64,000 bases of DNA, taken from contig OZ244720.1 in assembly GCA_965219085.1 (NCBI GenBank), forward strand, positions 544,001-608,000. The letters run 5' to 3'. Shown in pieces: positions 30,858-40,945 of this stretch (positions are counted from its first letter, which is position 1; every line of letters begins with the position of its first letter). The stretch comes from Dehalococcoidia bacterium (GTDB lineage: Bacteria; Chloroflexota; Dehalococcoidia; UBA2979). Below the pieces are notes generated by a model. It was not told the origin of the DNA. It worked only from the letters and a program-made list of their open reading frames with translations, and made no database searches. Position numbers and translations under genes: made by a program.

Positions 30858-33800
30858 GCTGGCGCCTTCACCTGGTCGGCGGGTTCTGCGAACGCTCGGA
30901 GGTCGGCGACCCTGATGCGGTACTCGGTCACGCGCTCCGTTGCTTCGACGCCTCTCCCAACGGGGTCCTGAACGATCCGCATCTCCGGCTTCGTGAGCGC
31001 GTAGTCGACCTCGTAGATGAAGAACTCCTCACGCATCCGGTGGGCCAGCTGCCACTCCGTGTAGTAGAGCGTGATGTCTCCCGAGGCGGCGTGGCCCTTA
31101 ACCTCGATGTAGCGGACGCCGCCATCCGGGGCCACGCTCCTCACGTCGCAGCCTACGCCGGTCTTCGACACGTCCTCGGGCGCGCGGCCGTGGGCGCGCT
31201 CGTAATCCATCGCGACCTGCATCGCGGCCATCTCGACAGTCGTGTTGTCGCCGCCGCGGCCTTCCTCGATCACGTGCGGCACCGGGCCGGGTATGGCGGC
31301 CGCGACACCCACGACGCGCGGGGTCTGGATGGAGACAACCTTGCGCCGCTCCAGTTCCTGCCGGCGACGGCGGAGCTCCGAGGTGAGACTGTCGATCTGC
31401 TCGTTGGTCGTGTGGATGGCGATCCGCATGTCCTTGCCGGCGGCCTCGTCCTCGTGCTGGCGTTCCAGCTGGCGCTGAAGCACCGACAGATTGTCATCAA
31501 TCGACCGTTGGAGCGCCTCCTGAACGATGTTCGCGCGACGCTTCTGCTCGTCCGCGACCTCGTCGAGGTAGTCGTGGGTGTAGATGGCGCTCGCCTCGGC
31601 CACGGCCGCGTCGCCGTCGGCACGACTCCGGAGCGCATCAGGTATCGCCGGGGCCGTCTCGGCGGGAGGCAGGTCGAGCAGCACGCCGGGCGTGATGCGC
31701 TCGAAGGAGTCGCCACGCTGGCGGAGCGCCAGCAGCCTCCTGTGGACCTCCTCGTTCTCGCCGTTCACCGCCGCCGCTTCCAGAAGCCAGACGAGGTACG
31801 GCTCGCGCGCCTCCTTGTCTATGAAGACGGTGCCCCTCGAAAGGACGGGACGCCCTCGGTCGAGGATACGAGCGAGAACAGCGTCGAAGAGCGGGTGCCC
31901 TGGCGCGGCGAACTCGGCGGGCGGGTCCCGCCGCAGGCGCTCCTTGTTGAACGTGACGATGCGGCCACCCTCGCCGAACTCGCCCGTGTTGGCGGCCCGC
32001 ACTTCCCGCCGGATGTCCGCAGGAACGAAGTCCAGCCTCCAGTCACGGTCGCTGCCGTCAGTAACACGGCCATCGAGGTAGCGGAGGCCGTCGACAAAGA
32101 AGCGCTCCACAAACTCGGGCGTGAGGCGCCGCTCCTTCGAGTCCCGTCCCTCATCGAGGATGGAGGTCATGTCGATGTGGTTGTTGGCGAGGGCGTCGCT
32201 CATGCTCTCCTGAACGGCCGCGAGGGCCGCGGGGTCCTCGACGAAGTCCAGCTCGGCGAGGATCTCCTCCATCGAGCGGCGTTCGGTGATGGCGTCGCGG
32301 ATGAGCGCCTCGAGGCGCACCTGGCCGGCCTCGAAGATGCTAGCGATCACGTCATAGACGTGGTCCGGCCCGAGCGCCTCCCGCATGCGTTCGAGCTTCT
32401 CCAGCAGCCGTGTCATCACCAATCCCTCGCGGGTCCCCGCCGCTACGAGGTTGATGACGGTGACCTCGTACTCCTGCCCGTAGCGGTGGATGCGGCCCAT
32501 GCGCTGCTCGAGGCGGTTGGGGTTCCAGGGCAGGTCCCAGTTGATCATGACCTTGCAGAACTGGAGGTTGATGCCCTCGCCAGCGGCTTCCGTCGCCACC
32601 ATGAACTGCGCCGGTCCTCGGAACTCCTTCTCCGCCGCGATGCGGTCGGCGAGCTTCATGCCGCCGTGGATGTTGCAGACGCGGTAGCCCTGCTCCCGGA
32701 GCTTCTCGGTCAGGTAGGTAAGGGTGTCGCGGTGCTCCGTGAAGATGAGGATCTTCTCGTCGCGGTCGGTGACTGTCTGGCTCTCGATGGCGCGCTGGAG
32801 TTCCATGAGCTTGCGCTCGGGCCCCATACGCTGCGTGGCCTCCGCCAGATCGATCAGCGACCGAAGCTCCTCGATCTCCGCGCGCAGCTCGTCGGGCGTC
32901 CTCGCCGTCGAGGCTCCCGACAGTGCCGCTTCGTCCTCGGAGGTGAGTTCGTCGAGGTCGTCATCTTCCGGGTCGTAGCCGACCTCGGCTGCTTGCTGCG
33001 GGACGCGCCCGGCTTCCACAGCCCGCTCAAGCTCCTCCGTGAGCCGGTCGTGCCGCCGCTCCAGGCTGCGAGTCGTCGCGTAGAGGGAGGAGGCGAGCCG
33101 ACGCTGCAGAACGATGAGGGCCAGCGTCACGTTCCGTCTCTGCGTCTGCGCCGCGTGCTCGGCCGCGGCCAGGCCCGTCGCGACGTAGCTGGTGACGGCG
33201 TCATACAAGTGCTGCTCGTGCTCCTCGAGTTCGTACGGGGCGGTGCGGACGTGTCTGGGAAGGAACAGCGGCCGGCCGTCGAAGTGCTTCATCGCCTCCT
33301 TCGTCCGGCGCAGGAAGTACGGCGAGCGGTCTTGATCGAGGGCGCTCTCGACCCCCGCCTGGGATGCGAACGCCTTGTCGTCGAGCAGCGAGAGCAGCAG
33401 CCTGAAGTTCTCCGGGTCGCCCTTGTGCGGGGTGGCCGTCATGAGCAGCAGGTGCTTCGTCCTCTCGGCGAGCTCCTCGGCCAACTGGTAGCGCTTGGTC
33501 TTGTCGATCTTGCCGGCGGTCCCGTAGCGGTACGCCGAGAGCTTGTGGGCCTCGTCGAAGATGACGATGTCCCAATCCGACTGCTCAAGCCCGGGCAGGA
33601 TGTGGTCCTGGATAGCCAGGTCGACCGACGCGACCACCTGGTCGGTCTCGACCCAGACGTTCTGTCCGAAGCCGCTGGAGACCGACTCGCCGGTAACCAG
33701 CGTGAACCGCTCGCGGAATCGCTCCCACATCTCCCGCCGCCACTGGTCAGTCAGCGCCTTCGGGCAGAGCACCAGGACGCGCGAGACGTCACCTCGTTGC

Positions 33801-34237
33801 ATCAGCTCCCGGAGGAGCAGGCCGGCCATGATCGTCTTGCCGGCGCCGGGGTCGTCCGCGAGCAGGAAGCGGATGCGCGGCAGTGGCAGCATGTGCTTGT
33901 AGACCGCGTCGAGCTGGTGGGGGAGCGGATCGACCTGCGAGACGGACACAGCGAACTGCGGGTCGAAAGCGTGAGCCAGGTGCGTGCGAAGCGCTTCGAC
34001 CGCGAGCCGGAAGAGCACGGGCTCCGCGTCGAAGGTATGGCGGCCGCCCGTGACCGCGCTGACCTCGCGCTCGAACTGCTCACGCGGGATCGTCCGGTCG
34101 TAGTGCTGGGCTGACTCGGTACCGACCGCCTCGATGCGCACCGATGCGCCGAGGTCGCTCACGTTCAGGACGCGCAGCGGCTCGGGCCAGAATGGCCCTT
34201 CGATGATCGTGCCCATCGCGAGTTGGGTGCTCTGCAT
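30854..34237 (-). CDS. SNF2-family helicase with C-terminal DUF3883 (NOV-like) nuclease domain
   Basis: LLADDPGAGKT, FDEAH, MTATPH, TEAAGEGINLQ, WNPNRLEQRMGRIHR; C-terminal GCDVRS...YIEVKG; ATG at 34237 preceded by TACAAT. Confidence 0.92.
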   Translation of the reverse strand: MQSTQLAMGTIIEGPFWPEPLRVLNVSDLGASVRIEAVGTESAQHYDRTIPREQFEREVSAVTGGRHTFDAEPVLFRLAVEALRTHLAHAFDPQFAVSVSQVDPLPHQLDAVYKHMLPLPRIRFLLADDPGAGKTIMAGLLLRELMQRGDVSRVLVLCPKALTDQWRREMWERFRERFTLVTGESVSSGFGQNVWVETDQVVASVDLAIQDHILPGLEQSDWDIVIFDEAHKLSAYRYGTAGKIDKTKRYQLAEELAERTKHLLLMTATPHKGDPENFRLLLSLLDDKAFASQAGVESALDQDRSPYFLRRTKEAMKHFDGRPLFLPRHVRTAPYELEEHEQHLYDAVTSYVATGLAAAEHAAQTQRRNVTLALIVLQRRLASSLYATTRSLERRHDRLTEELERAVEAGRVPQQAAEVGYDPEDDDLDELTSEDEAALSGASTARTPDELRAEIEELRSLIDLAEATQRMGPERKLMELQRAIESQTVTDRDEKILIFTEHRDTLTYLTEKLREQGYRVCNIHGGMKLADRIAAEKEFRGPAQFMVATEAAGEGINLQFCKVMINWDLPWNPNRLEQRMGRIHRYGQEYEVTVINLVAAGTREGLVMTRLLEKLERMREALGPDHVYDVIASIFEAGQVRLEALIRDAITERRSMEEILAELDFVEDPAALAAVQESMSDALANNHIDMTSILDEGRDSKERRLTPEFVERFFVDGLRYLDGRVTDGSDRDWRLDFVPADIRREVRAANTGEFGEGGRIVTFNKERLRRDPPAEFAAPGHPLFDAVLARILDRGRPVLSRGTVFIDKEAREPYLVWLLEAAAVNGENEEVHRRLLALRQRGDSFERITPGVLLDLPPAETAPAIPDALRSRADGDAAVAEASAIYTHDYLDEVADEQKRRANIVQEALQRSIDDNLSVLQRQLERQHEDEAAGKDMRIAIHTTNEQIDSLTSELRRRRQELERRKVVSIQTPRVVGVAAAIPGPVPHVIEEGRGGDNTTVEMAAMQVAMDYERAHGRAPEDVSKTGVGCDVRSVAPDGGVRYIEVKGHAASGDITLYYTEWQLAHRMREEFFIYEVDYALTKPEMRIVQDPVGRGVEATERVTEYRIRVADLRAFAEPADQVKAPA

Positions 34238-34532
34238 CGGGAACGCGATTGTAGGCCACCCGGACCAACAGCGGTCGTACGTGTCAGGAGCTCCCCACGC
34301 TGCCACTCCTTACTTACTTACGCTGGGCTGCGTGGCCGGTAACCGGCTGTCTTCACGAAGTCAGGTGGGGCCGAGAATGGATGATGCATCTCATCTGCTT
34401 GACGGGCCTCACTCACGCCCTCAAGAATGGCGTGTAGCCACGAGAGTAGACGGGCGATGCCGTCAGCGTGAGCATCCGGACGCCGTCCGCGCCGTCACGG
34501 CAGTCTCGTGGCGAGTGAGTAGGTAACGCGCC

Positions 34533-36914
34533 TTGGTGTCCGAGCTCATAGACCTGCCCCCGACATTCGTTGGTTACCCTGGCGAGAATCCTGACGGCGA
34601 TAGCGGGCTTCGCCTCGTTCAGGCCCTCCGCGCCCAAGGAGTCGCAGTCTACGACTGGCAAGACGCGTCGGAGCCCAACTTCCTGTGGTCAGGAGAGAGC
34701 GGCGTCAAGGCCGCGATCGACAAATCCGGCCTAGCCCTCCTGGAGACCACGAGCGGCAATGGCAATGTGCTGTTTGAGTTCGGCTACGCCATTGGCTCAA
34801 ACCGCCACGTATATTCCCTACACGATTCAACACGCGCAGACGGGATGCGCCTTCGTGTCCTAGACACAGTTCGACAGATTCGGTACTCCGCCCGCCGAGA
34901 CATCATCGAGGAACTTAGGTCGTTCCAGCCTGGCGGCGCGACGCTCCTCGACGAAGTCGGTTGGTCATCCCAACAAACTCCGGACCCGAGGACAGTCTTT
35001 TTTCTTCCTGCCCCTAACACTCACGATCTTTCTGGCACAATCTATTCGGCCATTCAGCGACTTAGGTTTCTTCGTTCGGCTCGCATCGATACCGACGACG
35101 CCGACTACAATAATATCCGTACCCTTACATATGCTATCGGATCGGCAGCGACATACGTGGGGCTACTTGTGCACGAAGGAATTCATGACGCGGACCGCTC
35201 CAACGCTCACTCCATGCTCTTCGCCGGGATCGCGGCCGGGCTAGGCAGAAAGTACGTCGTCCTCGCGCCACGCGACGGGAAACGACTCCTCGATCTTGAG
35301 GATAATATCCTCTTCTATGACAGTGAGACCGAAGCGGAAGAACGGCTAAGGCGCTGGCTGGAAGATGCCGTCTCGGCTGCACTTGGCGCTGGAGACGTTA
35401 CTGCACAGCGTCCGGTCTCCACGAAGCCCGAGGATCGACAGGAGCCTGTCTTCCTCGGTAGTGGGGACGCCGGTGCCGACTTCGAACTCGCGGACTACTT
35501 TGTGAACACGCCAGAGTTTGTCCAAGCTAGAAATGCAGAAAAGCGCATATTCGTTGGAGCCAAGGGATCGGGGAAGACTGCTAACTTCAAAATGCTCTCA
35601 GCTGAGTTCAGGGACACGAGTCGCCTGCTGGTCGACCTGCAGCCAACGGAATGGCAGTTCCCCGAACTAGCGGCAGTCTTTGAAGAGCAGATCCCGTTCG
35701 CACACTGGCGATTCGTTTACGGGAGCTTCTGGCGTTTCATCATTCTGTCCGAGGTCGTCGCGAAGATCCGCCAGGACTTCTGGCCAGAGATATTGATGGA
35801 TGCGGGAAGTGACAGCGCGGAGGCTCGACGACTGCAAACCCAGGCTTCGCGTACCCGCTCTAGACCTGCAACCCCGCAATACAGCACGGCGATCAAGAAC
35901 TGGGCCGAGGAGAACGAACACCTACTGGCTCTCGATTTCGCCTCGCGGGTATCTCGACTGCTCGAGGATCTCAGCGAGTCGGCCCGCGCAGACGACCAAG
36001 CGGCTATGCGAGAGAAACTACAGATCGCGCGCCTCTATGGACTCGAGCGAGATATCCGGGAGTTCGCCAGGCACCACGAGATTCGCTTCATAGCAGACGA
36101 CTTGGATCGAAACTGGGAGCCGTCAAGTGACGAAGCATTCCGTCTTGTGACTTCTCTTCTGAATGCTGTCAGCGATGTAACTTCAAACTTCGACTCGGAC
36201 TTCAAGGCTACGCTGTTCATACGCCGTGACCTTTACGATTACCTGATGATCCACGATCCAGAGTTTGGACGGCGAGATGTTGGAATCCTCAGGTGGTCGA
36301 CAGAGCTCCTCGGAGAGGTTGTGGCAGCACGGCTCCGCGCCCGCGGCGTCGCATCTGGAGAAACTGCCGAAGTTTGGAGTCAGACGTTCCCAATTTGGAC
36401 GCAGGAAGAGCTGACGAGCGAGTTTATTGCAACGCGGTCACTCCATCGCCCGCGTCAGATGATCCACTTCTGCCAGGAGGCGATCGCTGCAGCGGCTAGA
36501 GAACTTGAGGAACGCGTGCTGGACCGGCACATCAATGAGGCATGGAGCGATACCGGTCAGCTGATCCTTGGAGAGCTTGTCGCCGAGCACCGCTTCAAGT
36601 ACCCCGGCTTGGACGGCGTGCTGCTGGAGCTATTCGGCGAGTTCCCGGTCTCCTGTCCGATGTCGACCCTGCAGAGCCGGATCGGCGCGCTCAGTAATCG
36701 ACCCGACTGGTTAACGATCGAATCGGCCGGAGGCCGGGACAACGTCGCCGTGTTCTATGACCTGCAGGTCTTGGGTGTTACTGGGAGGGGCGGAGCTCTG
36801 TACTACAAACAGGATCGGCCGTGGGAGAGCGTGCGACCAGTGCTTGACGAGGACTTCGAGGTCGTCGTACACCCTGCCTTCCAGCGCTACTTCGGCGCTC
36901 TCGTTCACGAGTGA
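34533..36914 (+). CDS. Tandem nucleoside-deoxyribosyltransferase/TIR-like domains fused to a P-loop ATPase (Sll1717/FunZ-like)
   Basis: AIDKS...ETTSGNGNVLFEFGYAIG; degenerate second copy (NAHSMLFAGIAAGLGR); FLGSGDA...IFVGAKGSGKT; IADDLD; FIRRD; RPRQMI. Confidence 0.7.
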   Translation: MVSELIDLPPTFVGYPGENPDGDSGLRLVQALRAQGVAVYDWQDASEPNFLWSGESGVKAAIDKSGLALLETTSGNGNVLFEFGYAIGSNRHVYSLHDSTRADGMRLRVLDTVRQIRYSARRDIIEELRSFQPGGATLLDEVGWSSQQTPDPRTVFFLPAPNTHDLSGTIYSAIQRLRFLRSARIDTDDADYNNIRTLTYAIGSAATYVGLLVHEGIHDADRSNAHSMLFAGIAAGLGRKYVVLAPRDGKRLLDLEDNILFYDSETEAEERLRRWLEDAVSAALGAGDVTAQRPVSTKPEDRQEPVFLGSGDAGADFELADYFVNTPEFVQARNAEKRIFVGAKGSGKTANFKMLSAEFRDTSRLLVDLQPTEWQFPELAAVFEEQIPFAHWRFVYGSFWRFIILSEVVAKIRQDFWPEILMDAGSDSAEARRLQTQASRTRSRPATPQYSTAIKNWAEENEHLLALDFASRVSRLLEDLSESARADDQAAMREKLQIARLYGLERDIREFARHHEIRFIADDLDRNWEPSSDEAFRLVTSLLNAVSDVTSNFDSDFKATLFIRRDLYDYLMIHDPEFGRRDVGILRWSTELLGEVVAARLRARGVASGETAEVWSQTFPIWTQEELTSEFIATRSLHRPRQMIHFCQEAIAAAARELEERVLDRHINEAWSDTGQLILGELVAEHRFKYPGLDGVLLELFGEFPVSCPMSTLQSRIGALSNRPDWLTIESAGGRDNVAVFYDLQVLGVTGRGGALYYKQDRPWESVRPVLDEDFEVVVHPAFQRYFGALVHE

Positions 36915-36931
36915 GAGCCGCTGAACACCAT

Positions 36932-36956
36932 GAGACCGCCCCATTGGGGCGGTCTC
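36932..36956 (+). terminator. Hairpin downstream of the ATPase gene
   Basis: GAGACCGCCCC-ATT-GGGGCGGTCTC perfect 11-bp stem. Confidence 0.6.
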
Positions 36957-37309
36957 GCGTCTTGCTGCTGAGCCGCTACTTCACACTGGAGCTGTGCCCT
37001 TCAATGCAACTCTTTGGCTGACGTGCCGAGGTTTGTACCACGTATCTGGTCGCAACTGCAACTGGCGGTAGCCATCGATGGCGCAGTGACCCCGAGGCAA
37101 TTCGACCTGCCTCGCCTCGCCCATTATCATAGCTCGCCCGCCGACTACTTGCCTACCCGAGGCCACCCATCGCTAGCCGGGAGCGTCGCTCCGCGACCTG
37201 CTGCGCCTGGGCGAAGACCGATTCGACCGAGTCGACGTCCTCGTTGCCGGCGACGATACTTCCTTGCCAAGGGGAGCATCAGATCCTCGCCGTCTTCGGG
37301 AAGCTCGCC

Positions 37310-37387
37310 TCCGCGTAGCGTGTCGGCCATGCGCCAGATGTCGGACCTGTGGTCGGCGACGGCGGTACTGCCTCGGGCGGTCGTCAT
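37310..37387 (-). pseudogene. N-terminal scrap resembling type I R-M HsdM
   Basis: SDIWRMADTLRG resembles the HsdM IWxxADxLRG motif; the ATG overlaps the upstream stop; the rest of the ORF is unrelated. Confidence 0.45.
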
Positions 37388-37620
37388 CGCACCTCACCGC
37401 CCTCGGCGCGCCAGCGTGCCACCTCGTGCCTGGCGTTCTTCCCACCGGGTCCGTAGCCATGCTCTACGAGGAACTCGGGAACCCCGCTGTACTCGACGGA
37501 GATGACGGCAGACTCGGCGGTCTTGTCGTGGCCGGGCAGGAAGAACGAGCCGATCGCCGTCTCGGCACCGCAGCCGCACCAGCACTCGCCAGTAGGGAGC
37601 AGGCGGTCGGTGGAAGCCAT
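37384..37620 (-). CDS. Small hypothetical protein with CWCGCG...FxPGHD motif
   Basis: ATG 37620 with GAGGAGGA upstream; 78 aa; putative metal-binding Cys/His motif. Confidence 0.65.
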   Translation of the reverse strand: MASTDRLLPTGECWCGCGAETAIGSFFLPGHDKTAESAVISVEYSGVPEFLVEHGYGPGGKNARHEVARWRAEGGEVR

Positions 37621-37872
37621 GGGCCTAGGTCCTCCTCGGAGTGTCCCGATCCCGTAGCCTTGGATCGCACCCAAGGATACGGCTCACCTCCGGGACCCGT
37701 CCACGTGACGCACGTCGCGAGTGAGGGACACGCGGTCATGCTAGGCAGTCGTCTGACAGCGGGCGCGAAGCCCTTCGGAATTCCGGATCGGCAACCTCTG
37801 GCATCGATTGGAGTGCCGGCTCCTTACCGCGAGCGTCGGCGATCCGTCCATCGTGTGAGAAGGCCCCTAAAT

Positions 37873-38995
37873 TGTCCTATCACCGAGTCAAGGCGACGGG
37901 TGCCGGCCTTCTGAAATAGGGGCCAGGCGGTACATCCTGCTGTGTGTTGCAGCACAGGAAGGATCTCCGCCATGACCCCCGAAGACGTACTGTACCGCCA
38001 GCGACTGCGCACGTTCGCGCTCGCCGAGGAGCTCGGCAGCGTCCGGGCCGCCTGCCGGGTGATGGGCATCCACCACTCGACGTTCTATCGCTGGAAGGCC
38101 CAGGCCGAGCGCTACGGCCTGGAGCTGCTGCGGCCCCGCGAGCGCCGCCCGCCGCGCATGCCCAACGCCACCAGTCCGCTCGTCGAGCAGCGCGTCGTGG
38201 CCTTCGCCCTCGGCCAGCCCGGCTTCGGACCTGCGCGCATCGCCGCCGAGCTGGCGCGGCCCAAGTGGGGCGGCATCCGGCTCTCCCATAACGGGGTCTG
38301 GCGCATCCTCAAGCGCCACGGCCTCAACACCCGCCGCAAGCGCCTCGGCCTCGTCGCCGGCTACGCAGCTCCTCCCGAGCCAACACCCCCCGAACCGCAG
38401 CCCGAGCGCCACCTGGAGGCCTCCAGGCCCGGAGAACTGGTGCAGTTCGACTGTTTCCACGTCGGACGGCTCTCCGGCGCCAGGGGCACCGTCTGGCAGT
38501 ACACGGCCATCGACGTCGCCTCCGCCTACACCTGGGCTGAGCTGCACACCACCCCGCGCAACCCGTCGGCGAAGTGGACCTCGCACCTCGCCCGCCGCGT
38601 TGCCGCCGGCCTCGCCGCCCGCGGCTGGGAGCTCGAGACCGTGATGACCGACAACGGATCAGAGTTCCGTTCGCATGTCTTCGGCGAGACGGTCGCCGCC
38701 CGCGGCGCCCGCCAGCGCTTCATCCACGCCGGCAGGCCCCAGACCAACGGCTGCGTCGAGCGGGTGCAGGGCACGATCCTCGAGGAGTGCTGGAAGCCGT
38801 CCTTCGCGCGCCACCTCATCCCGAAGCAGACAGGTCTCCGCAACGACCTCGTGCGCTACCTGGACTACTACAACACCGACCGCGCCCACACCGGCCGCTG
38901 GACGCGCGGCCGCACCCCCGAGAGCGTGATCGGCAAGGCCAAGCTATGGTCGTGACGCACAGCCCGATATGTCGGCAGATCTTGGTGACAGGACA
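37873..38995 (+). mobile_element. Complete IS481-family insertion sequence (1123 bp) with 8-bp target-site duplication
   Basis: Ends TGTCCTATCACCGAG and (reverse complement) TGTCCTGTCACCAAG; CCCTAAAT at 37865-37872 and 38996-39003. Confidence 0.9.
37972..38955 (+). CDS. IS481-family DDE transposase
   Basis: HTH (ACRVMGIHHSTFYRW), LVQFD, MTDNGSEF, PQTNGCVER, YYNTDRAH. Confidence 0.92.
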   Translation: MTPEDVLYRQRLRTFALAEELGSVRAACRVMGIHHSTFYRWKAQAERYGLELLRPRERRPPRMPNATSPLVEQRVVAFALGQPGFGPARIAAELARPKWGGIRLSHNGVWRILKRHGLNTRRKRLGLVAGYAAPPEPTPPEPQPERHLEASRPGELVQFDCFHVGRLSGARGTVWQYTAIDVASAYTWAELHTTPRNPSAKWTSHLARRVAAGLAARGWELETVMTDNGSEFRSHVFGETVAARGARQRFIHAGRPQTNGCVERVQGTILEECWKPSFARHLIPKQTGLRNDLVRYLDYYNTDRAHTGRWTRGRTPESVIGKAKLWS

Positions 38996-39002
38996 CCCTA
39001 AA

Positions 39003-39644
39003 TCACGGCGAAGGGAGCCTGAGGTTGGAAATGCCAACGTTCCTCAGGAGTGCTCGGACCTTCTTTCGCTCCCACGTCGTGGGAGTTCGAACTACGGGAA
39101 CTCGCCCCAGTGCACTCATGAGCATGGAGTCCGTCACGATCGGCGGCGATTCGAGATTGAGCCAAAGAGGGCGACAGATGAAGTACATCGGGTATTGAGT
39201 GGCGCGATTCCGGTATCGTTCCTCGGCTGTAGCGCGAGTGACGGGCCAACATGGGATGCAGGCATCGGCATCCAATCCGTTATTCCCCGCAATGACGCAG
39301 TTCGGTGGGAGGGGCAGTTCCTGCCCGATCAACCACTCCGCAGCAGCCTCGTGCGACGGGTGCCTCTGCACGACTTCGAGCACCGCTGGGAGCCGAATCG
39401 ACTTCTCGGTGTCGTCGGCGTAACGAGCCTTCGTGGTGAGGTAGACGACTACGTCACCGATTTCGAGCCGAGGTGCAAAGTTCCTCCCTCTACAGATCGA
39501 AGAGATCGTTGCTAGGTCGCACGACAGATAGGGCTCGCGCCTGTGCGAGCCGTCGACGAATAACGCATGCCCAGCCGACTCGGCTGCCCTGACCCCGCCT
39601 CTCGATGCTGCCAGCGGTCGGTACTTATTGATCCAGAAGTTCAT
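39003..39644 (-). CDS. Hypothetical protein, weak resemblance to nucleotide-modification-associated (Nmad2-like) domains
   Basis: 213-aa ORF with AGGAGG RBS; FVDGSHRREP...ISSICR...RLEIGDVVVY. The family call is tentative. Confidence 0.55.
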   Translation of the reverse strand: MNFWINKYRPLAASRGGVRAAESAGHALFVDGSHRREPYLSCDLATISSICRGRNFAPRLEIGDVVVYLTTKARYADDTEKSIRLPAVLEVVQRHPSHEAAAEWLIGQELPLPPNCVIAGNNGLDADACIPCWPVTRATAEERYRNRATQYPMYFICRPLWLNLESPPIVTDSMLMSALGRVPVVRTPTTWERKKVRALLRNVGISNLRLPSP

Positions 39645-40285
39645 GGCTCCTCCTCGCTTCCCCGTGTGGCTCGTGGCCGCCTACGGTCGTGCGGTCAAGG
39701 AGCCACCTCATACCCCGCCACGCCTCTCGTTCCTCGTCTTCGTTGCGAGCCCGCTCCCGCGAGGCGCGGAGTCGTCGGAGCATGGACTTGGCCCATCGGC
39801 TCACCACGGGCCAGGGGTGCCGGGTCAGCTCGGCGAAAGGGTCTTCGTATTGTGCGTAGTACGTTGTCGCGGATCCCGACCAGCCGAAGGTGTTGACGTT
39901 GTCATCGATGGCATCCCGCACGTCCTCTCGGTCTCCGAACTCGTCGAGGAGGCGTGTGAGCCACGGATGCAAGGCTGTCTTGCCGCCCTCGTCGCCGTCA
40001 GGCGTTGCGAGGACGGGGAGGATGCCAGCCGCGAACGCCGGTGCGGCATCCGGGTGGGCGTGACACCACGCGAACAGCGTGGGTTCGGGCAGGTCCAGGA
40101 GCGGCGGGTTCTTCTTCGGGCCGAACGAGTAGGAATCTCCAAGCGCCAGCCCCAGCCGGTGCGCCTTCCAGTGGTCCGCGACGATCGTCTGGCCGAGGAG
40201 TGGCCAGACGACCTCCGGGAAGTCGGAGAGGAGGGTGCGGAGCAGGGGTCGTACGCCCTCAGCATTATCGATGGTGTCTGCGTCT
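39625..40285 (-). pseudogene. C-terminal fragment of a large helical (STAND-like) protein
   Basis: LFAWC...AGILP...LLDEFGD...FGWSGS...HPWPVVSRWA...EDEERE; no start of its own; fused out of frame to ispH at ~40285. Confidence 0.55.
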
Positions 40286-40838
40286 GCGCCATCACGCCGA
40301 TCTTGTTGGGGAAGCCGCCTGGGAACGTCTCGATCACGTCCCGAAGGTGGTCGACGTCGGCGTGCTCGATCACTGAGACCTTCGAGCGCCCCTTCGCGTC
40401 GAAGCCCCAGCCCGTGATGCCTCGCACCTCCTTGTGGCCGGGGTCGCCGAAGATCAGCGCGTGCCAGCCCTCGCGCACGAACTTGTGCGCGTAGCGCTGC
40501 GCGCGCGTCACCACGGGGCACGTCGTGTCGACGATGTCGAGCCCGGCGCGTTCGAGGTCGATGAGCACCTGCTCGCCGACGCCGTGCGCGGTGATCGCGA
40601 CGCGGCCCGGGCCCACGCGCTCGGCCGTGATGGCGCCGAAGTCACCGTCGACGTCGTCGGGACCGGGCAGCTGGCGTACGCCCGCACGCTCGAGCTGCTC
40701 GACGACGTGCGGATTGTGGACGATCTCCCCGGCGCTGGAGATGGGACTCTCTGGGGTCGCGGCGTGCTCCATCATCTGGACTGCGCGGCGCACGCCCATG
40801 CAGAAACCCATTTCGCTCGCACGGATGACTTGGGCCAT
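40282..40838 (-). pseudogene. ispH: 5' part of 4-hydroxy-3-methylbut-2-enyl diphosphate reductase
   Basis: GFCMGVRRAV, IVHN, TAHG, DTTCP, GHKEVRG, AQT; the third Cys (TIC) and SSN motifs are missing. Confidence 0.85.
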
Positions 40839-40861
40839 GGTGCACCTCCACCTGCTATTCC

Positions 40862-40945
40862 CTACGATCCCACGGCGGCCGCCGCCGCTTCCTGCACCCG
40901 CTTGAACTCTTCCTCCGTCAGGCGCATGAGTGGCCGATCACCTAG
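40862..40945 (-). pseudogene. Orphan 3' end of the gene formerly upstream of ispH
   Basis: LGDRPLMRLTEEEFKRVQEAAAAAVGS-stop in mostly host-like codons, cut at CTAG next to an IS-like end. Confidence 0.4.

Noticed and set aside
30734-34114. 1126-aa plus-strand ORF
   Set aside because: Antisense shadow of the SNF2 helicase.
20770-40290. Prophage or ICE with att sites
   Set aside because: No integrase, phage structural or conjugation genes; no flanking direct repeat or tRNA found.
39825-40838. 337-aa ORF as a full-length IspH
   Set aside because: After AQT the sequence is out-of-frame read-through into an unrelated fragment.
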